64,000 nt of DNA from Thermodesulfobacteriota bacterium (GTDB taxonomy: Bacteria > Desulfobacterota > Desulfarculia > JACQYL01), in contig CAXXLZ010000001.1 of the NCBI GenBank assembly GCA_963675595.2, positions 1,568,001 to 1,632,000 of the forward strand, in the 5' to 3' direction. Both the position numbers and the translations under genes were made by a program. A model generated the notes under the pieces. It saw only the letters and a list, made by a program, of their open reading frames with translations, had not been told where the DNA came from and did no database searches. Shown here in pieces: positions 48,828 through 58,591 of the stretch; the stretch's first letter is position 1; the number at the start of each line of letters is the position of its first letter.

Positions 48828-49838
48828 ATGGAACCCAATCGGTTTTCCGTTTCCCGTACTCATTTGAAACAACTTTTCAGGGACAAAGGTGATCGTATTC
48901 TCATCGCCATTGGAGTGGCCAACGGTGCGGAGGCACGGCAACTTCACCACACCTTGGCGAACCTCTACGCGCAGAACGCCGTGCCCGACTTTGTCGGGGG
49001 CTTCATCGCCTTTGTATCGGGATATTTGTGCGCCGCCATGCACGGCCTGCCGGATATGGGTTACATCCTACGGTCCGAGATAGTCCGCCAAACGGACATC
49101 ATCGAACAGGCCACGTGGATGGCCGCCCTGCAGACGGGAACTCCGGCACTGCCCATCGGGGTGGACGCCGACACGGGCTACGGATCGGAACCCTGTGCGA
49201 TCCTGCTCACCTGCCGGCAGATTCACAAACAAGGAGGACAGTATATCCAATTGGAGGATCAGCGGGACGTGAACAAGACCTGTGGGCACATGGCGGGTGC
49301 CGGAGGGTTGGGGAAATTTCTGGCCCCGGCTGAAGACATGATCCGTTTGCGACTGGATCCCGCCGTGGCCTATGCCGCCGACCAGGACGATTTCGCCGTT
49401 ATGGCCCGTACCGACGCCATCGCGGTGGAAGGCTTCTCCAAAGCCATGGATCGCGCCATGCGCTACGCGGACGCGGGAGCGGATTACATCTTTGTGGAGG
49501 CTCCCGAAAGCCTGGAACAACTCCGCACCATCGGGGAGGAATTCAAGAATTCTCCTCGCGGAATTCTGGCCAATATGATCGAACGGAGTCCCAAGACTCC
49601 CTACATGAGCCCCAGAGAATTACACGAGCTAGGATACGACATCGCCCTGTACTGTATCGGTTCGATGTTGGCCGGCCGGGCCGCGCAGCAACGCTACTAT
49701 CACATCATCGGTCAGGGTCGCCAAGTGCTGCAGGGTGCCGACGAGAGCGAGGAGCGCTGGTTCGCGGGGTTCAACGCCATCATCGGGAGAGAACAGACCG
49801 AAGCCTGGAACCGTTTCTTTCACGACAAGGCGTCCTGA
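48828..49838 (+). CDS. Isocitrate lyase/PEP mutase family protein
   Basis: Contains SGY, PDMG, DADTGYG, QLEDQ, KTCGH and ARTDA. Confidence 0.85.
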   Translation: MEPNRFSVSRTHLKQLFRDKGDRILIAIGVANGAEARQLHHTLANLYAQNAVPDFVGGFIAFVSGYLCAAMHGLPDMGYILRSEIVRQTDIIEQATWMAALQTGTPALPIGVDADTGYGSEPCAILLTCRQIHKQGGQYIQLEDQRDVNKTCGHMAGAGGLGKFLAPAEDMIRLRLDPAVAYAADQDDFAVMARTDAIAVEGFSKAMDRAMRYADAGADYIFVEAPESLEQLRTIGEEFKNSPRGILANMIERSPKTPYMSPRELHELGYDIALYCIGSMLAGRAAQQRYYHIIGQGRQVLQGADESEERWFAGFNAIIGREQTEAWNRFFHDKAS

Positions 49839-50040
49839 ATACGGGAGAAGTCCTTATTCGCGGAATCACCGGGGGAACGGCGTTCCCCGGGCCCCCCAAT
49901 GCATGCTTCATCCCGCCGGCGCGCGACGAAGTCGAAGCGGGAAGCTTCTTCGCCGATTCCGGCGATGTAGGGAACATTGGGGATCAGTGAGCAGACCTGT
50001 TTCACTCTCCGCCGGAGGCGGTGAGGCCTGCTTAAGAGGC

Positions 50041-50087
50041 TTTGAAAAGGGGTACGGGGAAAAGCTTTCCCGAAAGTTTTTCCCCGT
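50041..50087 (+). repeat. Intergenic palindromic (REP-like) element, copy B; may also act as a bidirectional terminator
   Basis: TTTGAAAAGGGGT followed by the stem ACGGGGAAAAGCTTTC/GAAAGTTTTTCCCCGT, between convergent genes. Confidence 0.6.
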
Positions 50088-50134
50088 GAAGTTCTCCCTT
50101 TTCTTTTCCCGTCCTTACCTTGGAATTCCGCTCT

Positions 50135-51490
50135 CTATATGCCCGCGTTGACGCTTTCCGCGGCCACCTGGGCGAAAATGCTCGAGACTTGAAGCCCCAT
50201 CCCAGTGGAGGGATAGCTGTCGAAGAATCCCGCAGTGGTGTTACCGGCCGCGAAGAGCCCCGGTATCGGATTGCCGTCGGGTTTCAGCGCTCGAGCGTCC
50301 TTGTCGATGACCACCCCGCCCATGGTGTTGAGTACCAGCGGGATGATCTCAATGGCGTAGAACGGTGGTTGGGAGAGTGGCGTAAGCAGTTCGGCGGCTT
50401 TCCCGAATTCCTCATCCACACCGGATTGGGCGTAAGAATTATAGCGGTTCAATTGGGCCGAGAACGGCTCTTCCGGCACACCGATTTCCCGGGCAAGCGA
50501 GCTGAAATCATCCGCTTTCTTCACCCGTCCCGACTCCACCTCCTTGGCCAGGTCCGTAAAGGGGTTGCCTGTGCGCATGGCCTCGTCGATGATCACGAAA
50601 CCGCGGGCATCGGGCTGATTGTATAGCGCATGCGCGAAGTAGGCATTCCAGAGCGATTCGTCCATGAACCGGAGACCGTTTCGGTTGACCACGGCATAAT
50701 TGCTGAAAAGGATGAGATAAAAACTCCGCATACTCAGGCCCGCCGTATCCGGCATTTCGGCCTTATAGCCGATACAGCAATTCAGGTCGTTGACGGCGGC
50801 TCCCACTTCTTTGGCCAGCCTGACCCCGTCGCCTCTGGCCCATCCGGCACATACCATGACGTGCTTGCGGATCGGCACATGATCCTCCACCATCTGTTTG
50901 TTCTTGCCGAAACCGCCGGTGGCCAGCACGACGCCTTTGGCCCGTACCTCGACGCTGTCTCCGGCATCGGTTTCCGCCTTGACGCCGACAACGCGTTCGC
51001 CCTCCAAAATCAGGGACTTGGCACCGGCTTTCATTATGAATTCGGCTCCCATGGCCTCCGCGCGCTCCTTGATCACGTTGACGTATTGAGCGCCCATTCC
51101 TTCGTTCTGGTGTACCCTTGGGACTGAAGTGACTCCGTGGGTGTGAATGTCTTTGGTCTGAGCCAATCCCTGTTTCTCCAGCCATTCGATGTTCGACGCC
51201 GCCCGATCCACCAGGACGCGTATCAGCTCCGGACGACAACGATAAGAAGAGTATTGCATCAAATAGCGATACAGGTCTTCCTTCGAATCCTTGATGCCTT
51301 TTTCCTCTTGGAGCTTGGTTTCCGATGCCAACCAGAAGCCCGCGGAAATCATGGCATCTCCTCCGCAAGACCCGAGTTTCTCCAAAACCACCGTCCGAAG
51401 TCCCAACTCACGGGCTCGTACCGCGCCACACAGGCCGGCCGATCCGCCGCCGACAAATACCACGTCGCATTCCACTTTTCTTGAGGCCAT
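50135..51490 (-). CDS. FAD-dependent oxidoreductase, flavocytochrome c / fumarate-reductase flavoprotein family
   Basis: Contains VGGGSAG, LEK, VLATGGF, VNRNGLRFMDE, TMGG and PGLFAAG. Confidence 0.88.
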   Translation of the reverse strand: MASRKVECDVVFVGGGSAGLCGAVRARELGLRTVVLEKLGSCGGDAMISAGFWLASETKLQEEKGIKDSKEDLYRYLMQYSSYRCRPELIRVLVDRAASNIEWLEKQGLAQTKDIHTHGVTSVPRVHQNEGMGAQYVNVIKERAEAMGAEFIMKAGAKSLILEGERVVGVKAETDAGDSVEVRAKGVVLATGGFGKNKQMVEDHVPIRKHVMVCAGWARGDGVRLAKEVGAAVNDLNCCIGYKAEMPDTAGLSMRSFYLILFSNYAVVNRNGLRFMDESLWNAYFAHALYNQPDARGFVIIDEAMRTGNPFTDLAKEVESGRVKKADDFSSLAREIGVPEEPFSAQLNRYNSYAQSGVDEEFGKAAELLTPLSQPPFYAIEIIPLVLNTMGGVVIDKDARALKPDGNPIPGLFAAGNTTAGFFDSYPSTGMGLQVSSIFAQVAAESVNAGI

Positions 51491-51525
51491 GTGATTTCCC
51501 CTTTCTCAAGGTCTACGAAAAATGC

Positions 51526-51559
51526 AAAAAAAGTCGGGACGGAAGACCCGATGCCCGAC
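51526..51559 (-). terminator. Putative intrinsic terminator
   Basis: Minus strand GTCGGG...CCCGAC stem followed by T7. Confidence 0.55.
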
Positions 51560-51703
51560 GTACGTCTCTCTCATGCGACTTCGAGGCCTTTTCAAAAGGA
51601 TCGGCAATGCGATCCGGTTCTCCGTTTACGGGAATCATCGGTGTCCCGCGGGTGGGGATATCGTGTTTGAGCCGGTGTCCGGAGGAAGGTCGGTTCGGCA
51701 AAA

Positions 51704-51886
51704 CTAGCCTGTCTTTTCACGATCCGCGTCGACGAAAGCGTCCATGCGGAGACAGACCGGACATTCCTTCGGAGGAGAGGTTGCGTACTCCAATATGTGG
51801 CACCCTCGGCAATTGGCATACTTGCAGGAAGGACATCGTTCGGATTCGGTGGTATATCCGCATGCGGTACAAAGCCAATTGTACAT
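51704..51886 (-). CDS. 60-aa protein with four CxxC motifs (rubredoxin-like / double zinc ribbon)
   Basis: Contains WLCTACGY, CPSC, CRGC and PKECPVC. RBS GGGAG. Confidence 0.7.
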   Translation of the reverse strand: MYNWLCTACGYTTESERCPSCKYANCRGCHILEYATSPPKECPVCLRMDAFVDADREKTG

Positions 51887-51995
51887 GACGGTTCTCCCTT
51901 TTTCCAGATTTGCGTTTACACTTCTATACAAAATTATAGAACGCGAACCCGTTTCCCGCAACTCCGGGAGAAATTTTTAACGGAATACGAGGTGA

Positions 51996-53153
51996 TTACC
52001 TGAATCTTCGGAAAAAGGTCCGTATGTCCCTCACCAACTCCTCGGGCTCTTCCAGGGCGGCAAAGTGCCCTCCCGAGGCCATGGCGGTCCACTGTTGAAG
52101 ATTGTACATTCTGGCGGCCCATTCCCGAGGGGGCCGAAGAATTTCCCCCGGGAAAGCGGCAATGGCCGTGGGGACCTCGATCCGATCCCCTTGAGCCAGC
52201 CGATAGGGGTGATGCCGCAGTTGGTAGTAGAGCCAAAAGGAATTGTTGACCGCGCCGGACACCCAATAGATCATGATATTCGTCAGGAGCTCATCTTTCG
52301 AGATGCTGTTCTCGAGGTCTCCTCTGCAGTCGGACCACGAGTAAAACTTTTCCGTGATCCACGCCGCCAAGCCGGCCGGGGAATCCGTCAGCGCATAGGC
52401 CGCGGTTTGGGGTTTCGTGCCCTGGATCCACTGGTATCCGGATTCTTCATTCAGAAACTCACCCGCTTGTTTCAAGAAGGCCTGTTCCGCTTCGGACGGA
52501 TTCTGCCGGTCCTTTGGATGAGGTGCCAGGGGCACCATGTTCAGATGGATCCCCGCCACATTCCGGGAGTGGGCCTGTCCCAACCGAGTGGTCACGAAAG
52601 AGCCCCAATCGCCTCCCTGTGCGAAAAACCGGTCATAGCCCAAGACTCGGCTCATGAGGCCCGCGAGCACTTCCGCCATCTCCTCGATATTGAGACGACG
52701 CTGATTGGGTGAATGGGAAAAGCCATATCCCGGCAAAGACGGTACCACTACTGTAAACGCGTCTCCAGGGTCGCCGCCGTGAGATTCCGGATCGGTCAAC
52801 GGACCGATGATCTTGTGAAACTCGTAAAAGGAACCCGGCCACCCGTGAAGCATCAGGAGCGGCAACGGATCGGGGCCGTTACCGGGCTGGTGGATAAAAT
52901 GGAGCCGTGTGTCTCCGTAAACAACGCGGTATTGAGAAAAGGCGTTCAAGGCGGATTCTTGAATCCGCCAATCGTAACCATTAAGCCAATAGTCCACGAG
53001 CCCTTTCATGTATTCCAGGTTGGTTCCGAACTTCCACCCCGAGTCCGGCGCCTCATCCGGCCAACGAGTTGCGCTGAGCCGCCGCCGCAAGTCTTCCAGG
53101 ACCTCGTCGGAAACGGACAAACCAAAGGGCTCGATCTTCCAAGTGTTCTGCAT
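51996..53153 (-). CDS. Epoxide hydrolase (microsomal EHN type, alpha/beta hydrolase)
   Basis: Contains HGWPGS, GGDWG, FPGE and GGHFAALE, with an EHN N-terminus (DLRRRL..TRWP). Confidence 0.9.
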   Translation of the reverse strand: MQNTWKIEPFGLSVSDEVLEDLRRRLSATRWPDEAPDSGWKFGTNLEYMKGLVDYWLNGYDWRIQESALNAFSQYRVVYGDTRLHFIHQPGNGPDPLPLLMLHGWPGSFYEFHKIIGPLTDPESHGGDPGDAFTVVVPSLPGYGFSHSPNQRRLNIEEMAEVLAGLMSRVLGYDRFFAQGGDWGSFVTTRLGQAHSRNVAGIHLNMVPLAPHPKDRQNPSEAEQAFLKQAGEFLNEESGYQWIQGTKPQTAAYALTDSPAGLAAWITEKFYSWSDCRGDLENSISKDELLTNIMIYWVSGAVNNSFWLYYQLRHHPYRLAQGDRIEVPTAIAAFPGEILRPPREWAARMYNLQQWTAMASGGHFAALEEPEELVRDIRTFFRRFR

Positions 53154-53608
53154 ATCAACACTCCCGTATCATTTCGCACGCCGTGATTCGGCGCTTCATC
53201 GATGGAACACCACCCGGGTGCTTTCTCGCCGGACCGTCGGGCACGGATACACGGACACGCACCGGGATGAAAGCCGGAACAAAAACAACCAAAAATGATT
53301 CGTCATATTATCCGATACAGGTGGAATGGGTCAAAGGAGACTCGTGTGTCGGGCTCTCGTCGTTCGGGGTGCCCGTGGGGCGGTTCAGGCGGCGGGGTGC
53401 GCGATCGGTCGGAGAAATTCACGGATCATTCATCGAAATCAGGAAAATCGAGGAATCTGCATAAGATGAGCTTGGTGGGTCTTGACGGCGGCCGGGTTCC
53501 CTCAGTCTTAGGGACCCGGCGCCGAACCTGCGGACGAGATCGAATCGACGCTTATCTTCATGATGAAAAAGGCGTCGCAACCCGATCCCGAATTCTGCGT
53601 GGATTGAA

Positions 53609-54673
53609 TCAGCCGAACGTGATGAGGGGTTTGATCATGTTGTCTTCCTTGGTATCCATCATCCAGAAGGCTTTTTCAATGTCGTCGAATTTGAATCTGT
53701 GGCTGGTGAGCTTGGTGGGGTCTACGCGCCCCGTTTGGATCAGCCTCAGCAATCGGGTCATACGCTCGTTGCCGCCCGGACACAGCAGCGTACGGATGGT
53801 AATTTCCGCCATGCCCACGCCCCAATCCACGCGCGGAATGCCGATATATTCGCCCTCGCCGTGGTATCCGATATTGGAAACCGTTCCGCCCGGACGTGTC
53901 ACCTTGACACAGCTTTCAAAGGGACCCGCGGCGCCCACGGCTTCCATGGCCGAATCCACACCCTCGCCGTTGGTGAGCTTCATGATCTCTTCGATGGCGT
54001 CCACTTTCTTGAAGTCCACAACCACGTCGGCGCCATATTGCTTGGCAAGATCAAACCTTTGGGGAACGCAGTCCACTCCGATGATCAAACCGGCGCCCAG
54101 GAGCTTCGCTCCGGCGATGGCCATAAGCCCCACGGGCCCAAGGCCAAACACCGCTGCGGTACCGCCCAGAACGATGTCCGCGTTCTCCGCGCCTTTGAAA
54201 CCGGTGGACATCATGTCCGTGGTGTAACAAGCCGCCTCGTCCGACACGTCGTCCGGGATGGCGGTGAGGTTCGCATCCGCGTTGTTCACATGGAAGTATT
54301 CGGCCATGTTCCCGTCTTTGATATTGGCGAATTTCCAGCCGCCGAGAGGCTGCGTACACTGGGAGGGAAAACCTCTCTGGCAGTTGTGGCAGCTGAAACA
54401 GGGCGTAATGGCGTTGATGACCACGCGCTGGCCCTCTTTGAAATCCTTGACCTCGCTTCCCACTTTGGAAACGATGCCGCATGCCTCGTGGCCCAGCGTC
54501 ATGTCGGTGCGTTCTCCGATGGCCCCCTTCACGGTATGCACATCCGACGTGCAAACCAGAGCGGAAGTGGTTTTGACCACGGCGTCGTTGGGACCGGGTT
54601 CGGGAATGGGTTTTTCCATGACTCCGACTTCCCCTATCTTCTTCATGATAAACGCCTTCATCTTACCCGCCAT
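53609..54673 (-). CDS. adh: Zn-dependent (secondary) alcohol dehydrogenase
   Basis: Contains CTSDVH, GHE, TDMMSTGF, GLGPVG and LCPGG..RM, resembling Thermoanaerobacter/Clostridium secondary ADHs. Confidence 0.9.
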   Translation of the reverse strand: MAGKMKAFIMKKIGEVGVMEKPIPEPGPNDAVVKTTSALVCTSDVHTVKGAIGERTDMTLGHEACGIVSKVGSEVKDFKEGQRVVINAITPCFSCHNCQRGFPSQCTQPLGGWKFANIKDGNMAEYFHVNNADANLTAIPDDVSDEAACYTTDMMSTGFKGAENADIVLGGTAAVFGLGPVGLMAIAGAKLLGAGLIIGVDCVPQRFDLAKQYGADVVVDFKKVDAIEEIMKLTNGEGVDSAMEAVGAAGPFESCVKVTRPGGTVSNIGYHGEGEYIGIPRVDWGVGMAEITIRTLLCPGGNERMTRLLRLIQTGRVDPTKLTSHRFKFDDIEKAFWMMDTKEDNMIKPLITFG

Positions 54674-54920
54674 TCCTAGCCTCCTTCTGAAGTGTGTTGA
54701 GGAGCACCTACGCAGGCCACCACGGCCCGAAAATTCGAATTCCAACTTACCATGGTAGCTCGGTCGTGCCCATCCGGGCTAGTGCTCATTTTGATCGGCG
54801 GAAGTTCTCCCGGTGCGTGGGACATGTTCCCATGCCGGACTGTGGGAATGACCTTGCCCGGATCGGCGCGTAAGGAAAGGACTGGATGGAAATTACATAA
54901 ATAGGGAGTGGTGCGCGCTC

Positions 54921-55970
54921 CTAGAACAGAATCAAAGGCTTGATGATGTCGTCGCCTTTGGCCGCCATCAGTCGAAACGCCTCGTCCAGTTCGTCGAAAG
55001 AGAACCGGTGCGTGGTCATGCGGGTGGGGTCGATTCTCTTCTTCTCGATCAGCCTCAACATTCGTTTCATGCGTTCGCTGCCGCCCGGACACAACACGGT
55101 GCGAATGGTTTGGTCCTTCATGCCCATTCCCCAGGCCATCCTGGGAATCTCCACGGAATCGCCGTCACTGTGGATTCCGAGGTTCACAATGGTCCCACCC
55201 GGGCGAGTCACCCGGATACACGATTCAAAGGCCATTTGCGACCCGATGGCTTCCACGGACGCGTCCACGCCCACCCCCTTGGTGATGTCCATGATCTCTT
55301 CCTCGGGGTCCACTTCGGTGAAATTCAAGGCGATATCCGCCCCGTAGTAGCGGGATAACTCGATTCGATTGGGCCTCTTGTCCACGGTGATCACCAGTCC
55401 CGCCCCTTGAAGACGTGCGCCGGCGGTCGCCATGATCCCCACGGGACCCTGCGCGAAGATCGCCACGGTTCCGCCGATGGGAATGTGAGCCATTTCGGCT
55501 CCCATGAAGCCCGTGGACATCATGTCCGTGACGTAACAAGCTTCTTCGTCGCTCACCGAATCCGGAATGGGCGCGAGATTGGCGTCGGCTTCGTTGACGT
55601 GAAAATACTCGGCGAAGGTCCCGTCCTTCAAATTGGAGAATTTCCAGCCGCCGAGGGCTTCCCCACACTGCGAAGGATGACCTCTTTGGCATGCTTTGCA
55701 TCGAAAGCACGGAGTGATGGCGTTCACGGCCACCCGATCGCCCACCTTCACCGTGCGGACTTCCTCACCCAATTCGTGTACGGTGCCCACGGCCTCGTGA
55801 CCTATGGTCAGGTTGATCCGTTCACCGAGGGAACCGTTCACCGTGTGACAGTCCGTGGTACAGACCAAACCGGCCGTGGTCTTGATCACCGCGCCTCCCA
55901 CTCCGGGCGTGGGAACGGGCTTGTCCATGAATCCCACTTCCCGGATGCATTTCATCACAAATGCCTTCAT
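54921..55970 (-). CDS. adh: Zn-dependent (secondary) alcohol dehydrogenase, tandem paralog
   Basis: Contains CTTDCH, GHE, TDMMSTGF, AQGPVG and LCPGG..RM. Confidence 0.9.
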   Translation of the reverse strand: MKAFVMKCIREVGFMDKPVPTPGVGGAVIKTTAGLVCTTDCHTVNGSLGERINLTIGHEAVGTVHELGEEVRTVKVGDRVAVNAITPCFRCKACQRGHPSQCGEALGGWKFSNLKDGTFAEYFHVNEADANLAPIPDSVSDEEACYVTDMMSTGFMGAEMAHIPIGGTVAIFAQGPVGIMATAGARLQGAGLVITVDKRPNRIELSRYYGADIALNFTEVDPEEEIMDITKGVGVDASVEAIGSQMAFESCIRVTRPGGTIVNLGIHSDGDSVEIPRMAWGMGMKDQTIRTVLCPGGSERMKRMLRLIEKKRIDPTRMTTHRFSFDELDEAFRLMAAKGDDIIKPLILF

Positions 55971-56037
55971 CGCGACTCTTCACTGGGCGAACACCGTCTT
56001 CGCCTGAAAGCCTCCATGTTTCCCGAAAGATTCGAGG

Positions 56038-56712
56038 TCATTCTTCGTTTCCGCCCAGTTCAATGATTCCCAATTTAGCGGCGTACTTAATGAGATCGAA
56101 CATGCTGTCCAGTTCAAGCTTCTCCATAATCCGCGTGCGGTGATTCTCAACGGTTTTCGGGCTGATAAACAATTTTCCCGCGATACGCCGACTTGTCAAA
56201 CCCTGGGCCACCAAGCGGAGAATTTCCTGTTCCCGAGGGGTCAGGCGATCGTATTTCTCGTCGGATATGGGCGCTTCGTCCCCCGCTTGTTCGATGATAT
56301 ATCGCGCAATCTCGTCAATAACCGAAGGATCGAAATAATAATGTCCCTCGGATACCGTGTTCAACGCCCGAAGCAGCATGTCCGGCGTCGAGTCCTTCAC
56401 GATGTATCCCACCGCTCCCGCGCGAATGGCCTTAACGATGTAGTCGATTCGGGAATACATGCTGATCATGACGACCTTCGCTTCGGATACGGCGCTCATG
56501 ATGTTATGAACGCCGTCGATTCCGTTCACGTCCGGCAACGCCACATCCATCAGCACCAAATCCGGCATCAACGTTCCGGCCTTTTCGCAGGCCTCCTCCA
56601 TTGTTCCCGCTTCGCCCGCCACCACAAAGGAAGGGTCCTGTTTCAGCAGGACCTTCAAGCCTTCTCTGAACAGGGTGTGGTCGTCCACCAGGAGTATTCT
56701 TCGCTGCTCCAT
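56038..56712 (-). CDS. NarL/FixJ family response regulator (REC + LuxR HTH)
   Basis: Contains LVDDH, PDLVLMD, LTPREQEIL and LFISPKTVENH. Confidence 0.92.
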   Translation of the reverse strand: MEQRRILLVDDHTLFREGLKVLLKQDPSFVVAGEAGTMEEACEKAGTLMPDLVLMDVALPDVNGIDGVHNIMSAVSEAKVVMISMYSRIDYIVKAIRAGAVGYIVKDSTPDMLLRALNTVSEGHYYFDPSVIDEIARYIIEQAGDEAPISDEKYDRLTPREQEILRLVAQGLTSRRIAGKLFISPKTVENHRTRIMEKLELDSMFDLIKYAAKLGIIELGGNEE

Positions 56713-56716
56713 TCCG

Positions 56717-58219
56717 TCACTTTCTGTAATAGGGAATCTCAATGGAAATCTTCGTGCCTTCGGCGCGCCCCGAGCGGATGGCGATCTTCCCGTTGAGGAG
56801 AGCGACCCGCTCCTTCATGCTCCAGATTCCCATGCAACCGGTCTGAGTGGCGGTCTTGAGCACTGAATCCACATCGAATCCGGTGCCGTCGTCCTCGATG
56901 CGGAGGATGATGTTGGGATGGGAGTTCACCAGGCGCACTCCCGCCCTCGAAGCCTCGGCATGTTTGGCGATGTTGTTGAGTCCTTCCTGAACGAGACGAT
57001 AAATCGCCGCCTTCACGTCGAACTCGAGATTCAGTGAGTCCATCCCCGCGGTTTTGAAGTCCACTTGTAGGCCATACAATTGCGAAAGGTTTCTACAGAG
57101 ACCATGTATGGTGTTGGAGAGGCCGAGGGTGTCCAGGGAGGTGGGATGAATGTTGAACACCATCTTCCGCACATCTCCCATGATGGAATGAAGGGAATCC
57201 AGGATATGGCGGGCGGCCTCGCCCTCCCCGTCCTCCGAGATATTCACGCGGTTGAACAGAGTGGTGATCTGGATGTTGAGGGAATAGAGATTCTGTGCCA
57301 AATGGTCGTGCAGGTCCCTCGCGATGCTGCTCCGTTCGAGCTCCTGAGATCGAATGAGCTGCTGGGAAAGGATTCGGATGTGCTCTTCCGCTTTCTTCCG
57401 GACGGAGATGTCCCGCATGTAGCTGACGATGCCCGTGGTGTGGCCCTGTTCATCCTTGAGGAAAGCACTGGAAATGAGCAAGGGCACGATGGAACCGTCG
57501 CTCAAGCGAGCATCGAATTCATAGTTGGATACCGGTGCTTCCTTCAGGAGAAACTGGTAAAGATCCTTGATCCCCTCCAGGTCGTTCTTGATGATGTCGG
57601 CCACGAAACGACCCACGATGTCCGACATGGGTCGATTGAACAGTTCTTCCGCACCCCTGTTGGCGAAGTTGATTCTACCCTTGTCGTCGGTGACGATGAT
57701 GGCGTCCATGCAGCTGTTGAGCAGGCTCTCCAGATAGTTCTTCAGACTCAACGTGTCCTTCATGTCCGTGATATCGCGGACGATGCCTTCGATCACCGAA
57801 GGCGCCCCCTGTTCGTTCCGCAGGATAATCCACCGGTCGTGCATCCAGCGAATGCCGCCGTCCGAAGCGATACAGCGATATTCGGCTTCTCCTCCTTCCT
57901 TCTGTCCCGCAATGGAAGCGTCCAGTTTTTCCTGGAACTTCTTTCGATCTTCCGGGTGGATGCGCTCCATGGCCGAATCCGTGGTCACGATGTCCTTGCA
58001 GGGATGGCCGAACATCTTGATGAACGCCGGATTGGTGTAAACGTATTTCTTGATGGACAGATTGAAGTTGTAAATCCCGTCCTGCGTTCGATTGGACAGG
58101 CTGTAGAATCGCTTCTTGGCCTCCCTCCACGGGTCCACCACGTGCTTGTAGGCCTGGAATTCCATCTCGAGAGAATGGAGTCGATCCAAGAGCTGTTCGT
58201 GCGTAAGCATGTTTACCAT
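56717..58219 (-). CDS. Cytoplasmic PAS-PAS sensor histidine kinase (HisKA_3)
   Basis: Two PAS/PAC domains, plus ERSSIARDLHD, QEGLNNIAKHA and DDGTGF. No TM helix seen. Confidence 0.9.
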   Translation of the reverse strand: MVNMLTHEQLLDRLHSLEMEFQAYKHVVDPWREAKKRFYSLSNRTQDGIYNFNLSIKKYVYTNPAFIKMFGHPCKDIVTTDSAMERIHPEDRKKFQEKLDASIAGQKEGGEAEYRCIASDGGIRWMHDRWIILRNEQGAPSVIEGIVRDITDMKDTLSLKNYLESLLNSCMDAIIVTDDKGRINFANRGAEELFNRPMSDIVGRFVADIIKNDLEGIKDLYQFLLKEAPVSNYEFDARLSDGSIVPLLISSAFLKDEQGHTTGIVSYMRDISVRKKAEEHIRILSQQLIRSQELERSSIARDLHDHLAQNLYSLNIQITTLFNRVNISEDGEGEAARHILDSLHSIMGDVRKMVFNIHPTSLDTLGLSNTIHGLCRNLSQLYGLQVDFKTAGMDSLNLEFDVKAAIYRLVQEGLNNIAKHAEASRAGVRLVNSHPNIILRIEDDGTGFDVDSVLKTATQTGCMGIWSMKERVALLNGKIAIRSGRAEGTKISIEIPYYRK

Positions 58220-58591
58220 TCGCGTTCTCCCCGGACTGCACGGCGCACGAATCCCCGGCGGATCGCACAAGGGGACGGCTCTCCCAACCGAACCGCAATG
58301 CACGATCCGGAAGAAAACGCCCCGTCGGTCGTCGCTTCAGGGGCCTTCCGTGCGGATTGGCGATCTAGGTCTTATACCTTGAGGAATGGGGAATGACAAA
58401 GGATATTGCGTTCGGAGGGGAATATTCAGCCCGTGGCGGTGATCGTTTGAACGCCCTCAGGGAGCCAACGCGCTGTCGGAGAGGCACCTTGGCACTCGGA
58501 AAAAATCACTGGCCATAGCCGCCCCCTCATCTCACAAAAAGGCGCCGCACTTTCGAAGCATTTCTAAGAAACCTTTAGAAGAATCAAGACG

